Below are positions 30,912-41,180 of a DNA stretch of 64,000 nt, piece after piece. Each line of letters opens with the position of its first letter. Within the stretch, counting starts at the first letter, position 1. Below the pieces are notes generated by a model. It was not told where the DNA came from, ran no database searches, and saw only the letters and a list, made by a program, of their open reading frames with translations. A program made the translations under genes and the position numbers. Source of the stretch: Candidatus Wolfebacteria bacterium GW2011_GWA1_44_24 (GTDB lineage Bacteria > Patescibacteriota > Minisyncoccia > UBA6257 > UBA9933); the NCBI GenBank assembly GCA_001001115.1, contig LCIO01000001.1, positions 71,501 to 135,500 on the forward strand. Direction: 5' to 3'.

Positions 30912-31212
30912 TCACCATCTCGTCTAAATCATTTTTAATGAGTTTCGGCATCATTTTTTCTATTTCTTCTTTTTTAAGCGCAATGCCTTTATTTAAAAAA
31001 ACTTGTTTAATCGTTTCCGGCGTCATAAAATCAATATTTTCAAACTCAGCAAATTCCAACACTTTTCCCTCTTTGTCTTTAATAAAAAATCTTTTTATTT
31101 CTTTTTTATTGTTTTTAATATTATAATGCGCTTCAGCAGTCCTCCCGTCGGACAAAGGAATGTCTTGTTTAACAATTTCTATTTCTTTTTTAGGCTGTTC
31201 AAATTTTTCCAT
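30877..31212 (-). CDS. Hypothetical protein
   Basis: 111 aa charged ORF within the operon. Confidence 0.55.
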   Translation of the reverse strand: MEKFEQPKKEIEIVKQDIPLSDGRTAEAHYNIKNNKKEIKRFFIKDKEGKVLEFAEFENIDFMTPETIKQVFLNKGIALKKEEIEKMMPKLIKNDLDEMVSEIDEDNDIEN

Positions 31213-31218
31213 ACTCAG

Positions 31219-31695
31219 TTAATTCAACGTTTTCGCTTTTTCCAGCCTCAAAATAAGCAAACTCAAAATAAAAAGAATTGTTGAAATAAACGCCGAAAGA
31301 AGACAATATGGACAAAGCGCTTTAATCACAAAAACTTGGAGATAAACGAAATAAACGGAAGCGAGAAAACCCAAAAACGCCAGGACAGCCGCAAGTTTGA
31401 CAATAACGTTTCTGGCAAAATAAGCGTAAAAAATCATTAAAGAAAAAATCGCAAAATAAAAAATCGCTCCGAGAAGGGAAAGTGGAACGCCGCCGATGTA
31501 AGAATATTTGCTTTTAAAAACTTCGCCGCAATCGAAAAAAGAAGAAATTGGACACGGCGGCGGCAAACCGGCGCCATGCTGCCAAATCAAATAAACCGAG
31601 TCGAAAAAACCGGCTAAACTCATCAATAAAAAAACAACGATAAACCAATTACGGATTGTTAATTGCTTGAGAAATGGCATTTTTAAATTCTTCAT
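31219..31695 (-). CDS. Vitamin K epoxide reductase (VKOR) family protein
   Basis: C...C.EVF.S.YS...GVP, CPYC; next to DsbA. Confidence 0.88.
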   Translation of the reverse strand: MKNLKMPFLKQLTIRNWFIVVFLLMSLAGFFDSVYLIWQHGAGLPPPCPISSFFDCGEVFKSKYSYIGGVPLSLLGAIFYFAIFSLMIFYAYFARNVIVKLAAVLAFLGFLASVYFVYLQVFVIKALCPYCLLSAFISTILFILSLLILRLEKAKTLN

Positions 31696-32356
31696 AGCTT
31701 CGCGGCGAAATTTTTCGGCCGTTCAAGAAAAACGTCGGCGTGGCGTTAACGCCGGCTTCAAGGCCGCTCCGCGAATCGCCGCTTATTTTATCTTTCGATT
31801 CTTTTAAATTCAAATCGTCTTTGAACCGGTTAATATCCAGTCCGATTTTTTGGGCATAACCCGCGAAAATATCTTCGGCGTTTAACGCCTCGCTCCACTC
31901 TTTTTGATTTTCAAAAATCAAATCGTGTATTTCCCAAAATTTTCCCTGCCTGCCGGCCGCTTCGGAAGCCATTGCCGCCGATTCCGCGTTTTTATGCTGG
32001 CTAAGCGGAAAATGGCGATAAACAAAAACGATTCTGTCTTTGAATTCATCTGTAATTTGTTTCACTGTCGGCTCGTAAGCGACGCAAGCCGGACATTGAA
32101 AATCGCTGTATTCAATCAAAATAATCTTGGCATTTTTATCGCCTTTTGTCCAGTCAGAAGCGGAAACCGCGTTCATCCCCAAAACCGGCTGTTCCGGAGA
32201 ACTTCCTTTGTATTTTATCGCCAAAAAAACAAAACCGGCAATCACCAAAAAAATAATCGCGCCAAAAACCAGCCGTTCAATCATCCGGCTCCACGCTTCT
32301 TTTTTTCGTTTTTCTTCTTTCTCCGATTGTTTTAATTCGTATTGTTCTTTTGACAT
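31649..32356 (-). CDS. DsbA-family thioredoxin-fold protein
   Basis: EYSDFQCPAC, YRHFPL, GVNATPTFFLNG. Confidence 0.9.
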   Translation of the reverse strand: MSKEQYELKQSEKEEKRKKEAWSRMIERLVFGAIIFLVIAGFVFLAIKYKGSSPEQPVLGMNAVSASDWTKGDKNAKIILIEYSDFQCPACVAYEPTVKQITDEFKDRIVFVYRHFPLSQHKNAESAAMASEAAGRQGKFWEIHDLIFENQKEWSEALNAEDIFAGYAQKIGLDINRFKDDLNLKESKDKISGDSRSGLEAGVNATPTFFLNGRKISPRSYEEFKNAISQAINNP

Positions 32357-32400
32357 ATTAAGATAAAGAAGCCCCCGCCTGAATTTTCGACAGGGGCAAA

Positions 32401-32925
32401 TTATCGTGGAACTCCCGCAAACCAATAAGCGCCGCTCCACCAATAATCGTCTCCTAAACAAACCAGATATAATTCCCGACTAAAGCGATCGCCGTACAAA
32501 GCCGGATAGCAATTTTTATTAGCTGATTGCCTCCAGGCGGAACCAAAAGCGATTATCGTGAATTCTCGCTGAAGGTCCGGATATTTCTCGGCCAAAACGA
32601 TAAGTTCCCGAATTTCGGCTGGCCGCAAATTCATCTTTTCGAACTCGCGGAATATCTTGTCGGTTTCTACAATATCGCCGAAATAAATAAGCATAACGTC
32701 GATTTTTTCTTTCCCCAGTCGTTTTACCGGAAAATGTTCGACGTTGATATCCGGATGAACCCAATTATATTTTCCGTCGTCAATACCGTCTTTTAGACTG
32801 CGGTAATAATCGACTTCTAAACGAAAAACCTGTTTTTGGTATGAATTTCCGGCTTCTTCGGCCGCGGCGAGATTAAAAACCGCAAAAATAGCCGTTCCCA
32901 ACAGCAGCGCCCTCAATGTCTTCAT
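32401..32925 (-). CDS. Secreted hypothetical protein
   Basis: Signal peptide, GGAGG RBS. Confidence 0.55.
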   Translation of the reverse strand: MKTLRALLLGTAIFAVFNLAAAEEAGNSYQKQVFRLEVDYYRSLKDGIDDGKYNWVHPDINVEHFPVKRLGKEKIDVMLIYFGDIVETDKIFREFEKMNLRPAEIRELIVLAEKYPDLQREFTIIAFGSAWRQSANKNCYPALYGDRFSRELYLVCLGDDYWWSGAYWFAGVPR

Positions 32926-32997
32926 CGGTTTCACCTCCCTTTTTTTCAAATTTAATCAAAGAGCTTCGATTATTAATTATAAGGAAATTTTTATATT

Positions 32998-33678
32998 TTA
33001 CAAATAGATTTTTTTTAGATATTTATCAGCCTGCTTTAAATCCTGTAAATTGTTTATCGGCATCCAGAAGGCGGCTTTTTCTATTTTAATCGGATAATCA
33101 CGGGCCATTTTAGCAATGGTTTGAGGAAGTCCGTATTCATTCTCGCCAATTAAAACTAAAGGATAGTCGAAAATTCTTTTGTCCAAAACATAAAGACCGC
33201 AGTTGATCAAGGCGCCAGTTGGAATTTTCTGGCTTTCAACAATTTCTCGCAGAACGCCGTCATCAATTTTAACAATGCCAAAACGCTCCGGCGCCTCGAT
33301 TTTCTGCGCTAAAAGACAAAGTTTATGCCGCAGACAATTTTCCATATCTTTTTTAAGATACAAATTGTCACCCATAAGAACCAGAAATTTATTTTCAAGC
33401 GAATCTTTGGCAATGAAAAGCGCGTGGCCGGTGCCTAATTGTTCTGTTTGTTCGATGTATTTTATTTGACGGCCGCTAAAATAGTTGCCGATATGCTTTT
33501 TAATCCGGCTTCTTAAGCGCCCCACCACCAAAATAACCTCTTTAACTTCTTGTGGAAGTTGTGAAATGTTGTGCTCTAATACGGTTTTTTTACCGACTTT
33601 AAGCAGGCATTTTGGTATTTCTTCGGCGGCAGAACTTAATTTTATTCCTTCGCCAGCGACTAGAATAACGGCTTGCAT
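32998..33678 (-). CDS. Sugar-phosphate nucleotidyltransferase
   Basis: QAVILVAGEG, PKCLL, LGTGHAL, GDN. Confidence 0.85.
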   Translation of the reverse strand: MQAVILVAGEGIKLSSAAEEIPKCLLKVGKKTVLEHNISQLPQEVKEVILVVGRLRSRIKKHIGNYFSGRQIKYIEQTEQLGTGHALFIAKDSLENKFLVLMGDNLYLKKDMENCLRHKLCLLAQKIEAPERFGIVKIDDGVLREIVESQKIPTGALINCGLYVLDKRIFDYPLVLIGENEYGLPQTIAKMARDYPIKIEKAAFWMPINNLQDLKQADKYLKKIYL

Positions 33679-33728
33679 GATTTTATAATAACAAAAAGGA
33701 TGCCGCTACGCATCTTTTTTGAAATATA

Positions 33729-34319
33729 TTATATGGATCTGTAAACCACAAGACTTACTAAGGCAAATACCAAAGAAAAATACAAAAAATAAGTTGAAAT
33801 AACCAGCAATAACGGAAAAGGATAAATCGCGTGCAAAAGGAGAAGCCCTATGCCGAATGACTGAAGATTCATTTTTATCTTGCCGGCGCGGACTGCCTGC
33901 ACGACAATATTCTGATATTTCTTTTTATAATAGCCGTTTAATATAAGAAGAAGCTCGATAAAAATAATTGCCGCCGCCAAATAAACATTTATAAATTTTG
34001 AAACAATAATCGCCGCCGCGCTCCCGATAAGCATCTTGTCGGCCAAGGGATCGGACATTTTTCCCCATTCGGTAATCTGATTTGTAACTCTTGCCAGGGC
34101 GCCGTCAATCATATCGGAAAAAGCGGATATGGAAAAAAGAATAATGCCGAAAAGATACTTTTCTGAAAATAAAAGCAATATTATAAAAGGGATTGTTAAA
34201 AAACGGAATATAGTTATATGATTGGGCGTAATCCAAGGCGGAAAAACTTTCAAAAAAATTTTAGCGATAACTACCTCAAGTTTTCCAAATTTTTTTGTGA
34301 GATTTTTTACTTGAATCAT
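33729..34319 (-). CDS. CDP-alcohol phosphatidyltransferase (PgsA-like)
   Basis: TPNHIT..R, SDMIDGALAR...GKMSDPLADK. Confidence 0.88.
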   Translation of the reverse strand: MIQVKNLTKKFGKLEVVIAKIFLKVFPPWITPNHITIFRFLTIPFIILLLFSEKYLFGIILFSISAFSDMIDGALARVTNQITEWGKMSDPLADKMLIGSAAAIIVSKFINVYLAAAIIFIELLLILNGYYKKKYQNIVVQAVRAGKIKMNLQSFGIGLLLLHAIYPFPLLLVISTYFLYFSLVFALVSLVVYRSI

Positions 34320-34325
34320 ATAGTT

Positions 34326-35543
34326 TTATTCATATCTCAATGCCTCGATGGGATTGAGCGAGGCCGCTCTTCTTGCCGGATAATAACCGAAAATTATTCC
34401 TATCGCAGCCGATACTCCAAAGGCGAGAATTACCGCTTGCAAAGAAACTTGCGTGACGAGACCGGTAAAACTCGTCACAAGAAAAGAAATAGTCCAACCA
34501 AGAGCAACGCCTGCCGCACCTCCCAAAAAAGTAAGTGCGACCGCTTCGGCAAGAAACTGCATTGATATGTCTTTTTTCTTCGCGCCAATGGCTTTGCGAA
34601 GTCCAATTTCCCGCGTTCGTTCCGTAACGGTGGTAAGCATCATGTTCATAATTCCGATGCCGCCCACAATAAGCGAAATACCGGCAACCGCGGCAAGAAA
34701 AATGGTGAATGTGTCCGTCACTTGCGTGAGCGTGCCGAGAATATCCGCCTGCGAGACGATGGAGAAGTCCGGGCTTTGCGGATCCACGCGGTGTTTTGCG
34801 ATAAGCATGGCAGTTGCCTCTTCTTGAACTTGAGGCATGAGGTCTTTACTTTGAACGCTTATGGCGATAGTTGAAAGAGAATCATCCCCGACAAGAATTT
34901 TTTGCATTGTAGTAAGCGGCACGAAAACAGTATCATCGGGATTGAAAAACCCCGCGCTGCCCTTTGATTGCAAAACGCCAATAACTTTGAAATTTACTCT
35001 GTTGATGCGAATGGTTTTGCCGACAGGGTCATTGCCTTCGCCAAAAAGGTCCTGCGCAACGGTGGGGCCGAGCACCGCTACTCGACCTAAACTTCTTACT
35101 TGCGCTTCGGTTATAAACGATCCGGCCCCTGGGGAGATATTTCTCACCGGCGCATAATCGGGTTCAACTCCGATTATGGTGGAGTTAGTATTATTGCCGC
35201 CAGCGACAATTTGAAATCTTCTTTGAACTTCCGGCGAGATATACGCGACTCCTGAAATTTGACGCAACACCTCGATGTCTTCATTTTTGAGCGTTTGCGC
35301 CGATCCTCGACCAGAGGAGACAATGCCTCTGCCGGGTTGGATAACCCCGGGCATTACCGTGAGGAGATTTGAACCGAGACCCTCAATGCTTGATTGAATC
35401 TGGCCCGATGCGCCTTGACCAATTGAAACCATGGCAATGACTGAACCGATCCCGATGACAATGCCAAGAATTGTGAGGCCTGACCTCGCTTTATTTGCCG
35501 AAAGGGCGTTATATGTTTCTTGAAAAATATCTTGGACTTTCAT
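34326..35543 (-). CDS. MacB-like ABC transporter permease
   Basis: RSGLTILGIVIGI, VGGIGIMNMML..VTERTREIGLRKAIGA, PIEALRYE. Confidence 0.92.
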   Translation of the reverse strand: MKVQDIFQETYNALSANKARSGLTILGIVIGIGSVIAMVSIGQGASGQIQSSIEGLGSNLLTVMPGVIQPGRGIVSSGRGSAQTLKNEDIEVLRQISGVAYISPEVQRRFQIVAGGNNTNSTIIGVEPDYAPVRNISPGAGSFITEAQVRSLGRVAVLGPTVAQDLFGEGNDPVGKTIRINRVNFKVIGVLQSKGSAGFFNPDDTVFVPLTTMQKILVGDDSLSTIAISVQSKDLMPQVQEEATAMLIAKHRVDPQSPDFSIVSQADILGTLTQVTDTFTIFLAAVAGISLIVGGIGIMNMMLTTVTERTREIGLRKAIGAKKKDISMQFLAEAVALTFLGGAAGVALGWTISFLVTSFTGLVTQVSLQAVILAFGVSAAIGIIFGYYPARRAASLNPIEALRYE

Positions 35544-36262
35544 TTTGCGTTGTGATTATGATTATTGATGACACGCCGATTTTTGACTTTGCCATCCTCG
35601 ACAATACTTCCGTCTCGGATATTAATAATGCGCTCGGCATGTTCGGCGACATAGGGTTCATGAGTGATTAAAACAATCGTCCGGCCTTGTTCTTGGTGAA
35701 GCCGCTGGAAAGTATCCAGCACCATTTCGCCTGTTTTGGTATCCAAATTTCCCGTCGGTTCATCGGCAAGCACAAGCATCGGATTATTTACAAGGGCCCG
35801 GGCAATAGCGACTCTTTGCATCATTCCGCCAGAAAGCTGGTTGGAATAATGATTCCAAAAATCCTCGGGAAGCGTCGCGCCCCGTAAAGCTTCTCGAGCT
35901 TGATTTTCCCGTTCTTCTTTGGAAATTCCAGCATATACCAAGGGAAGCATAACATTACGAAGCACGGTTGCCCGAGGAAGGAGATTAAACGATTGAAAGA
36001 CAAAGCCGATTTTTTTCATACGGATGTCAGCCAATTCATTGTCGGAGAGTTTGGATATATCTTTATTATCTAAAAAATATTCTCCGCTTGTGGGCGTATC
36101 CAAACAACCGATGATGTGCATGAGAGTTGATTTGCCGGAACCAGAAGGACCCATGATTGCCACAAATTCTCCATCGTTTATCTTGAACGAAGTATTTTTT
36201 AGCGCGTGAGTTTCTATCTCTCCGTTTTTGTACGTTTTGACTATGTTTCTACACTCAATCAT
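35540..36262 (-). CDS. ABC transporter ATP-binding protein (MacB/LolD-like)
   Basis: [23 protein letters not shown]. Confidence 0.93.
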   Translation of the reverse strand: MIECRNIVKTYKNGEIETHALKNTSFKINDGEFVAIMGPSGSGKSTLMHIIGCLDTPTSGEYFLDNKDISKLSDNELADIRMKKIGFVFQSFNLLPRATVLRNVMLPLVYAGISKEERENQAREALRGATLPEDFWNHYSNQLSGGMMQRVAIARALVNNPMLVLADEPTGNLDTKTGEMVLDTFQRLHQEQGRTIVLITHEPYVAEHAERIINIRDGSIVEDGKVKNRRVINNHNHNAK

Positions 36263-36273
36263 GGCTGTAATTT

Positions 36274-37989
36274 TTAACGCGTTCTTATTTGGCTGCCGCC
36301 TGTTGGAAGACCCGGAATTCTAATAGAGGAACTTTGTTGCGTTTGCGCGGCTTGAGAAGTTGATTGAATAATTCGCGTCACGACGGCGTCTCCCTCCTGA
36401 AGCCCTCTTACAATTTCGGTAAATTCATCATTAGAAAGACCAATTTCGACCCGTTGTTGGCGCGGAGAATTTTTAAGAATCGCTCCGCTTGAATTTGCCG
36501 CAAGCGCCGCGTTTTTATCGTCATCTCCTATAATTTCCGCATAATTTATTCCTCCCTGCGATTTAATCGCTGAATTTGGAACAAGAAGCGCGTTTGATTT
36601 TGCCTCAATAACAATTGCGGCGGAAACGCTCATCCCGGGCTTTATCCTGTCATCTTGAGTGTCAAAAGCGATTTTTACGGTATAAGTAACGACACCCTGC
36701 GAAACCGTCCCGACAGCGTCAATCTCCGCGACTTGACCCGTGATTGTAAAATTAGGTATGGCGTCAAAAACAAGTGTGGTTTTTTGACCAATTTTCACTT
36801 GAGCGACATCGACTTCATTTAAAGAAATTTCCGCAATTTTCTGACGAGTAATAAGCGTAGCAAGAACGCTTGCCGATGACACGGAATCGCCTTTCTTTAA
36901 ATTTGTTTTAGCAATCACTCCGTTAAACGGAGCGCGAATATAATAATCGTCTAATTTTTCTTTGGCATCCAAAAGCGCGTTTTCTTTCTGTTTCACGGCG
37001 AGTTCCTGGCTCGCAACGTCAAAATCTGAACCGACAATCGCTTCTTTGTCCGTTTGAATCCCGTTTTTAATTGAAAGAAGGTTCAGAAGATGGGTGTTTG
37101 TTTTTCCCGTATAATTATTGATATTGGACAAATGCGTATTGGAAAGCGAATTCAACCTGAGACTCCTTTCGGTGAGTTTTTCTTGATAAAACTGGATTAA
37201 ATTATTCGCGCTTTTAAGATAATCAGCGACATTTTTTGTGGTGTCATAAGTTTGGTTTATAAGATGTTCTATCGTCAAAGTATCGGAAAATCTTGAAACC
37301 GATTTATAATCCAAAAAATTTTGGTCATATGCCTTGCGCGCGTCTCGAAATTTTAAATATACATCATCTCTAAAACTTAAAGCGGCAGAATCGTATTGTT
37401 GAACCGCGTCCGCATAATAATCAATATTCCACTGGCTAATATTAAGCGTGCTTGAAAAAAGCGTGTCTTGAAGCCCGATCATAATTGTCGGCAAATCAAT
37501 AAAAACGCTCGCGACAATATTAAACCCGTCTTCGTAATCTTTTTTAAGATTGTCTTTCGCTTTTTCGGTAATACTACGAAGGGTATAATCGTCGCCTTTT
37601 TTGCCCTTCATTTCTTCTAAAGTCAGCCTTACATTTTCCAGATTTAATTCTGCGTCGCGCACCGTTTTTTGCGCGTCTCGAATGTCGAGTTGGGCAATAA
37701 GAGCGCCGGCTTTTACCGCTTCCCCGTTTTCAACGCCGACATAAACCACTTCTCCGGAAACTTTCGGTTTAATATCTATCTGATTGGAAACGGAAACCTG
37801 TCCGCTTCCGGAAATAGAAACGACAAGAGTTCCTTTCCGAGCTTGGGCAGCAATATAACGAATTTCACCGCTATTGCTAAAAAATTTTGTGTAGCCATAA
37901 TAACCGCCGCCGAGGAGAATAAAAACAGCGATGGCCAGCCACAATTTGTTTGATAAAATTTTTTTGACGATTTTGAAAATATACGCCAT
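36274..37989 (-). CDS. Efflux membrane-fusion protein (MacA/HlyD-like) with a long helical insert
   Basis: TM anchor, biotinyl-lipoyl halves, IRAPFNG, KPGMS. Confidence 0.85.
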   Translation of the reverse strand: MAYIFKIVKKILSNKLWLAIAVFILLGGGYYGYTKFFSNSGEIRYIAAQARKGTLVVSISGSGQVSVSNQIDIKPKVSGEVVYVGVENGEAVKAGALIAQLDIRDAQKTVRDAELNLENVRLTLEEMKGKKGDDYTLRSITEKAKDNLKKDYEDGFNIVASVFIDLPTIMIGLQDTLFSSTLNISQWNIDYYADAVQQYDSAALSFRDDVYLKFRDARKAYDQNFLDYKSVSRFSDTLTIEHLINQTYDTTKNVADYLKSANNLIQFYQEKLTERSLRLNSLSNTHLSNINNYTGKTNTHLLNLLSIKNGIQTDKEAIVGSDFDVASQELAVKQKENALLDAKEKLDDYYIRAPFNGVIAKTNLKKGDSVSSASVLATLITRQKIAEISLNEVDVAQVKIGQKTTLVFDAIPNFTITGQVAEIDAVGTVSQGVVTYTVKIAFDTQDDRIKPGMSVSAAIVIEAKSNALLVPNSAIKSQGGINYAEIIGDDDKNAALAANSSGAILKNSPRQQRVEIGLSNDEFTEIVRGLQEGDAVVTRIIQSTSQAAQTQQSSSIRIPGLPTGGSQIRTR

Positions 37990-37992
37990 GGA

Positions 37993-38526
37993 TTATCGGA
38001 TTACCCGAATAAATTTGGCTTCTATCTGACCTTGATCATCAGGAGAGCCGATGACGATTATTCGATCATCAATTTTAAGTTCATTCGATTTTATTGTTTC
38101 ACGGCGGCTTGTAACGGTAGTTTTATCCAAAATAAGAACAGTTTTCTCAATATTATTTTCTTCTTTAATAATAAGTGTATTTCCGTCGATTTTGATGATT
38201 GAACCAAAGACGCCGTGCCCGCTGATAAAATCTCCGGCTGGAAATTCGCGCCAATCGCCAAAAAACCCGCCCCTGGGGCCCGCAAAATTTTTATGGTAAT
38301 TTTCGGCCCATCGATACGAATATCTGGCTTTGAGCGTCCCAACTTTTACTCCCGCGCCGAAAACTATAATAAGAACCACAAAACCGATAAGTCCGATGAT
38401 GACCAGTTTGAGAATCCCGCACCAAAACTCGCCATGCTCGCTTGATACGGGACAAGAAGTCAAATGTTTTCCTTCGGAATTTTGTTTTTCTTCGTTCATA
38501 AATTTATAATTTTTGATATACGACAT
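37993..38526 (-). CDS. Membrane-anchored hypothetical protein (OB-fold-like C-terminus)
   Basis: TM then HGVFGSIIKIDG...GQIEAKFIR. Confidence 0.6.
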   Translation of the reverse strand: MSYIKNYKFMNEEKQNSEGKHLTSCPVSSEHGEFWCGILKLVIIGLIGFVVLIIVFGAGVKVGTLKARYSYRWAENYHKNFAGPRGGFFGDWREFPAGDFISGHGVFGSIIKIDGNTLIIKEENNIEKTVLILDKTTVTSRRETIKSNELKIDDRIIVIGSPDDQGQIEAKFIRVIR

Positions 38527-38535
38527 CGACCCTGT

Positions 38536-38961
38536 TTAGCTAAAATTCATGCCATTCATAAAATATCCAAGCAGTAATCTTTTTCTGTGGAGAAATAATC
38601 GAAGGGTAAATACAGCGATAATCATGTTTACGGCAAAAAGCGTTATACCAACAACCGGCAGCGATTCAGCGATTGCCAGTGCAAAATTCTGCCAAATCGT
38701 CGGGAAATTTCCGAAATTATTGAATGCTGTCTCGATAAAATAAAGTATGCCCGAATTCGCCACTTGTTCCGCCAACAAGGTCACGGAAAACGGCGCGGCA
38801 GAAAGAGATATAACAAGAAGAACTAAAAATCCAAAAGCTAACCTCTTAGTTCTTTGCAACTCCTGCTCCCTTTTAATCGCAAAAATTATTCGATCAAAAA
38901 GGCCTGTCGGCGGCTCCGGCGGCGTAAGATGGGAGAAAAGTTTTTCATAATCTTTTCGCAT
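38536..38961 (-). CDS. Putative anti-sigma membrane protein
   Basis: EPPTGLFDRI plus TM helices, directly downstream of the ECF sigma. Confidence 0.5.
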   Translation of the reverse strand: MRKDYEKLFSHLTPPEPPTGLFDRIIFAIKREQELQRTKRLAFGFLVLLVISLSAAPFSVTLLAEQVANSGILYFIETAFNNFGNFPTIWQNFALAIAESLPVVGITLFAVNMIIAVFTLRLFLHRKRLLLGYFMNGMNFS

Positions 38962-39115
38962 AATTGCCTTATTACTAATACGACAAAGGGACGCATTTTG
39001 GTGCATCCCTTTATTATTGAGTCCGAAGAAAGGTCGAACAAACTTCGAACGCCCCGATACTTAAAATATGGGGAGAGGTTTTGCGGCCTCTTATATACTA
39101 CTACGAAAACAGTAT

Positions 39116-39697
39116 TTATTTTGGTGCATTATAAAATTCGGTAAGAAGTTTTTTAAGTATGATAAGGGCTCGTCTGTGTCTTGATTTCACGGTATTAAGC
39201 GATTCACCGAGAGATTCGGCAATTTCTTTAAAACTGAAATGGTCGTTGTAGCGCAAGAATAGAACCATTCTGTATTTTGGCGATAATTTTTCAATAACCG
39301 ATGTCAGTATTTTTGCCATGTCGGCTTTTTCTAAAAGTTTATCGGGAAGATGAGCCGGGTCGGCAAATGTTTCTATAAACGCATTTTTTCCCTCCTCGTT
39401 TTCAAATTCCGAGAATGGAATCGTTTTTTTCTTTTTAAGATAATCAAAAGCGGTATTTTTTGAGATTGCGAAAATCCACGTTTTGAAACTTTTTTGCTGG
39501 TTAAATTTTTTAAGATTACGCCAAACTTTCACGAATGTCTCCTGCGTCACATCTTTTGCGTCCTGCCCATTACCCACATATCTGTATGTAAAACTATAAA
39601 TTGGTCTGAGATACCGCCGGATAAGAAGCTCAAGCGATTTTTCATCACCGGCAAGATAATTTACGACAAGTTGTTCGTCTAAAATGTTTTTGTTCAT
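39116..39697 (-). CDS. ECF sigma-70 family factor
   Basis: DVTQETFVKVW, FKTWIF.I.KN, EIAESLG...NTVKSR. Confidence 0.92.
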   Translation of the reverse strand: MNKNILDEQLVVNYLAGDEKSLELLIRRYLRPIYSFTYRYVGNGQDAKDVTQETFVKVWRNLKKFNQQKSFKTWIFAISKNTAFDYLKKKKTIPFSEFENEEGKNAFIETFADPAHLPDKLLEKADMAKILTSVIEKLSPKYRMVLFLRYNDHFSFKEIAESLGESLNTVKSRHRRALIILKKLLTEFYNAPK

Positions 39698-39743
39698 TAT
39701 TACAAATAGTTTTTTAATAGATTTTTATGGAGCGACGAATTCT

Positions 39744-40967
39744 TCAGTGCCCGTGTCCGCTTTCTATCTCTCCTTTAAAAATTTTCGGGTCCTCTTCTCC
39801 TCTTACATGAAGCGTTCCCCAAGCGCCGCGGTCAAGCCGCGAGAGCGCGTGGTCAACAAGTATGTAGTTTCCCGGATAATCAAGGTGTAATTCAACCGCT
39901 GACGCGCCTCCGGCCGGAACAAGCGTTGTCTGGACGCTCTGCGCCGGAGAACTTACCAAATCCCCCTCGCGAAAAACTCTGTCAAATATCTCGCCGATAA
40001 CATGAAAACTGGAAATTAAATTAACGCCTCCATTGCCGACGTAAATTCGGATTGTTTCGCCGACTTTAGCGTTCAAATTATTCGCCAACGCTCCTGTGCG
40101 GCCGTTAAAAACAATGTATTGCGGTTTTCCGTCAAGCATCGCTTGAGCGTCAAAAAGCTGCAATCCTTCACGACCAATTGCGCCAGCGCTATAAAATTCT
40201 CCCTGCGCTACATAAAATTCACGGTCAACTTTTTCCATTCCTTCTTTCGGTTCCACAAGAATCAGGCCATACATGCCGTGCGTCATATGATTCGCGGCAT
40301 TGGGATGAGCGCAATGATATATGAAAATACCGGGATTAAGCGCTTTAAAAATTATTGTTTTGCTTTCGCCGGGCGCGACTATGGTTGCCGCGGCGCCTCC
40401 GCCCGGACCAGTCACCGCATGAAGGTCTATTGAATGGTGGTGTAAACTGGTCGGGTCATTATGGAGCGTCAGCATCACCGTGTCGCCCTCGCGCACGCGT
40501 AAAAACGGCCCCGGCACCTTGCCGTCAAATGTCCAATAGTTAAAAGTAACGCCGGGTGCCATTTCCGCTACAACCTCTTTGGCGGTTATATTTATTTCCA
40601 CATTCGCAGGTTCTTTGCGGGCAATAGGCAAAGGAATATCAGCCGGATTCCGCGCAATGTCCGCTACCCGTTCAAAACGTCTAAAATTTTTAAAAAACTC
40701 CCATACATTTTTGAAAGGAATCGCCGGTCCGTCTGACGGTCCGTATGTTTTTAGAAAAAACGGGTATTCAAAAGCGCGTGGCAATCCGTTCGGAGCGTAA
40801 AAATAAAATGAAACTCCGATAAATACAATAATCAGCGCGACTATTATTTTCCGGGAGTGGAGACGCCTTAAAACCAAATACAAAAAAAGCGCGGCAAATA
40901 TATACGCAATAAAAAGCCCTGTTGATTGAACAAGATATTGCCAAAGGTATGTTATTAATTCAAACAT
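39744..40967 (-). CDS. nirK: Copper-containing nitrite reductase with N-terminal TM helices
   Basis: HSIDLHAV, YHCAHP, HMTHGMYG, SSFHVIGE, VDH. Confidence 0.9.
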   Translation of the reverse strand: MFELITYLWQYLVQSTGLFIAYIFAALFLYLVLRRLHSRKIIVALIIVFIGVSFYFYAPNGLPRAFEYPFFLKTYGPSDGPAIPFKNVWEFFKNFRRFERVADIARNPADIPLPIARKEPANVEINITAKEVVAEMAPGVTFNYWTFDGKVPGPFLRVREGDTVMLTLHNDPTSLHHHSIDLHAVTGPGGGAAATIVAPGESKTIIFKALNPGIFIYHCAHPNAANHMTHGMYGLILVEPKEGMEKVDREFYVAQGEFYSAGAIGREGLQLFDAQAMLDGKPQYIVFNGRTGALANNLNAKVGETIRIYVGNGGVNLISSFHVIGEIFDRVFREGDLVSSPAQSVQTTLVPAGGASAVELHLDYPGNYILVDHALSRLDRGAWGTLHVRGEEDPKIFKGEIESGHGH

Positions 40968-41078
40968 ATATGATAATCAACTCCGCCGCGCGCATTAACA
41001 ATTTCAAATTTTTAATTAAGTTAATTATAACTCAAACCAGTGAATTTTTCAATTTAAGATTGTTGGAAAATTCACTGG

Positions 41079-41120
41079 CTTTGGCGGAATACAAATTCGA
41101 GCGTGTAAAGCACGCACAAA
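41079..41120 (+). repeat. 42 bp direct repeat, copy 1
   Basis: CTTTGGCGGAATACAAATTCGAGCGTGTAAAGCACGCACAAA, identical to 43553-43594. Confidence 0.9.
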
Positions 41121-41138
41121 ATAATTATTTCAAAAAAT

Positions 41139-41171
41139 AATGGGTCGGAACGAGTAATCGTTCCGACCCAT
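41139..41171. terminator. Hairpin / terminator for the 41181-41573 gene
   Basis: ATGGGTCGGAACGA-GTAA-TCGTTCCGACCCAT, followed on the minus strand by a T-tract. Confidence 0.7.
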
Positions 41172-41180
41172 GGCGAATCT

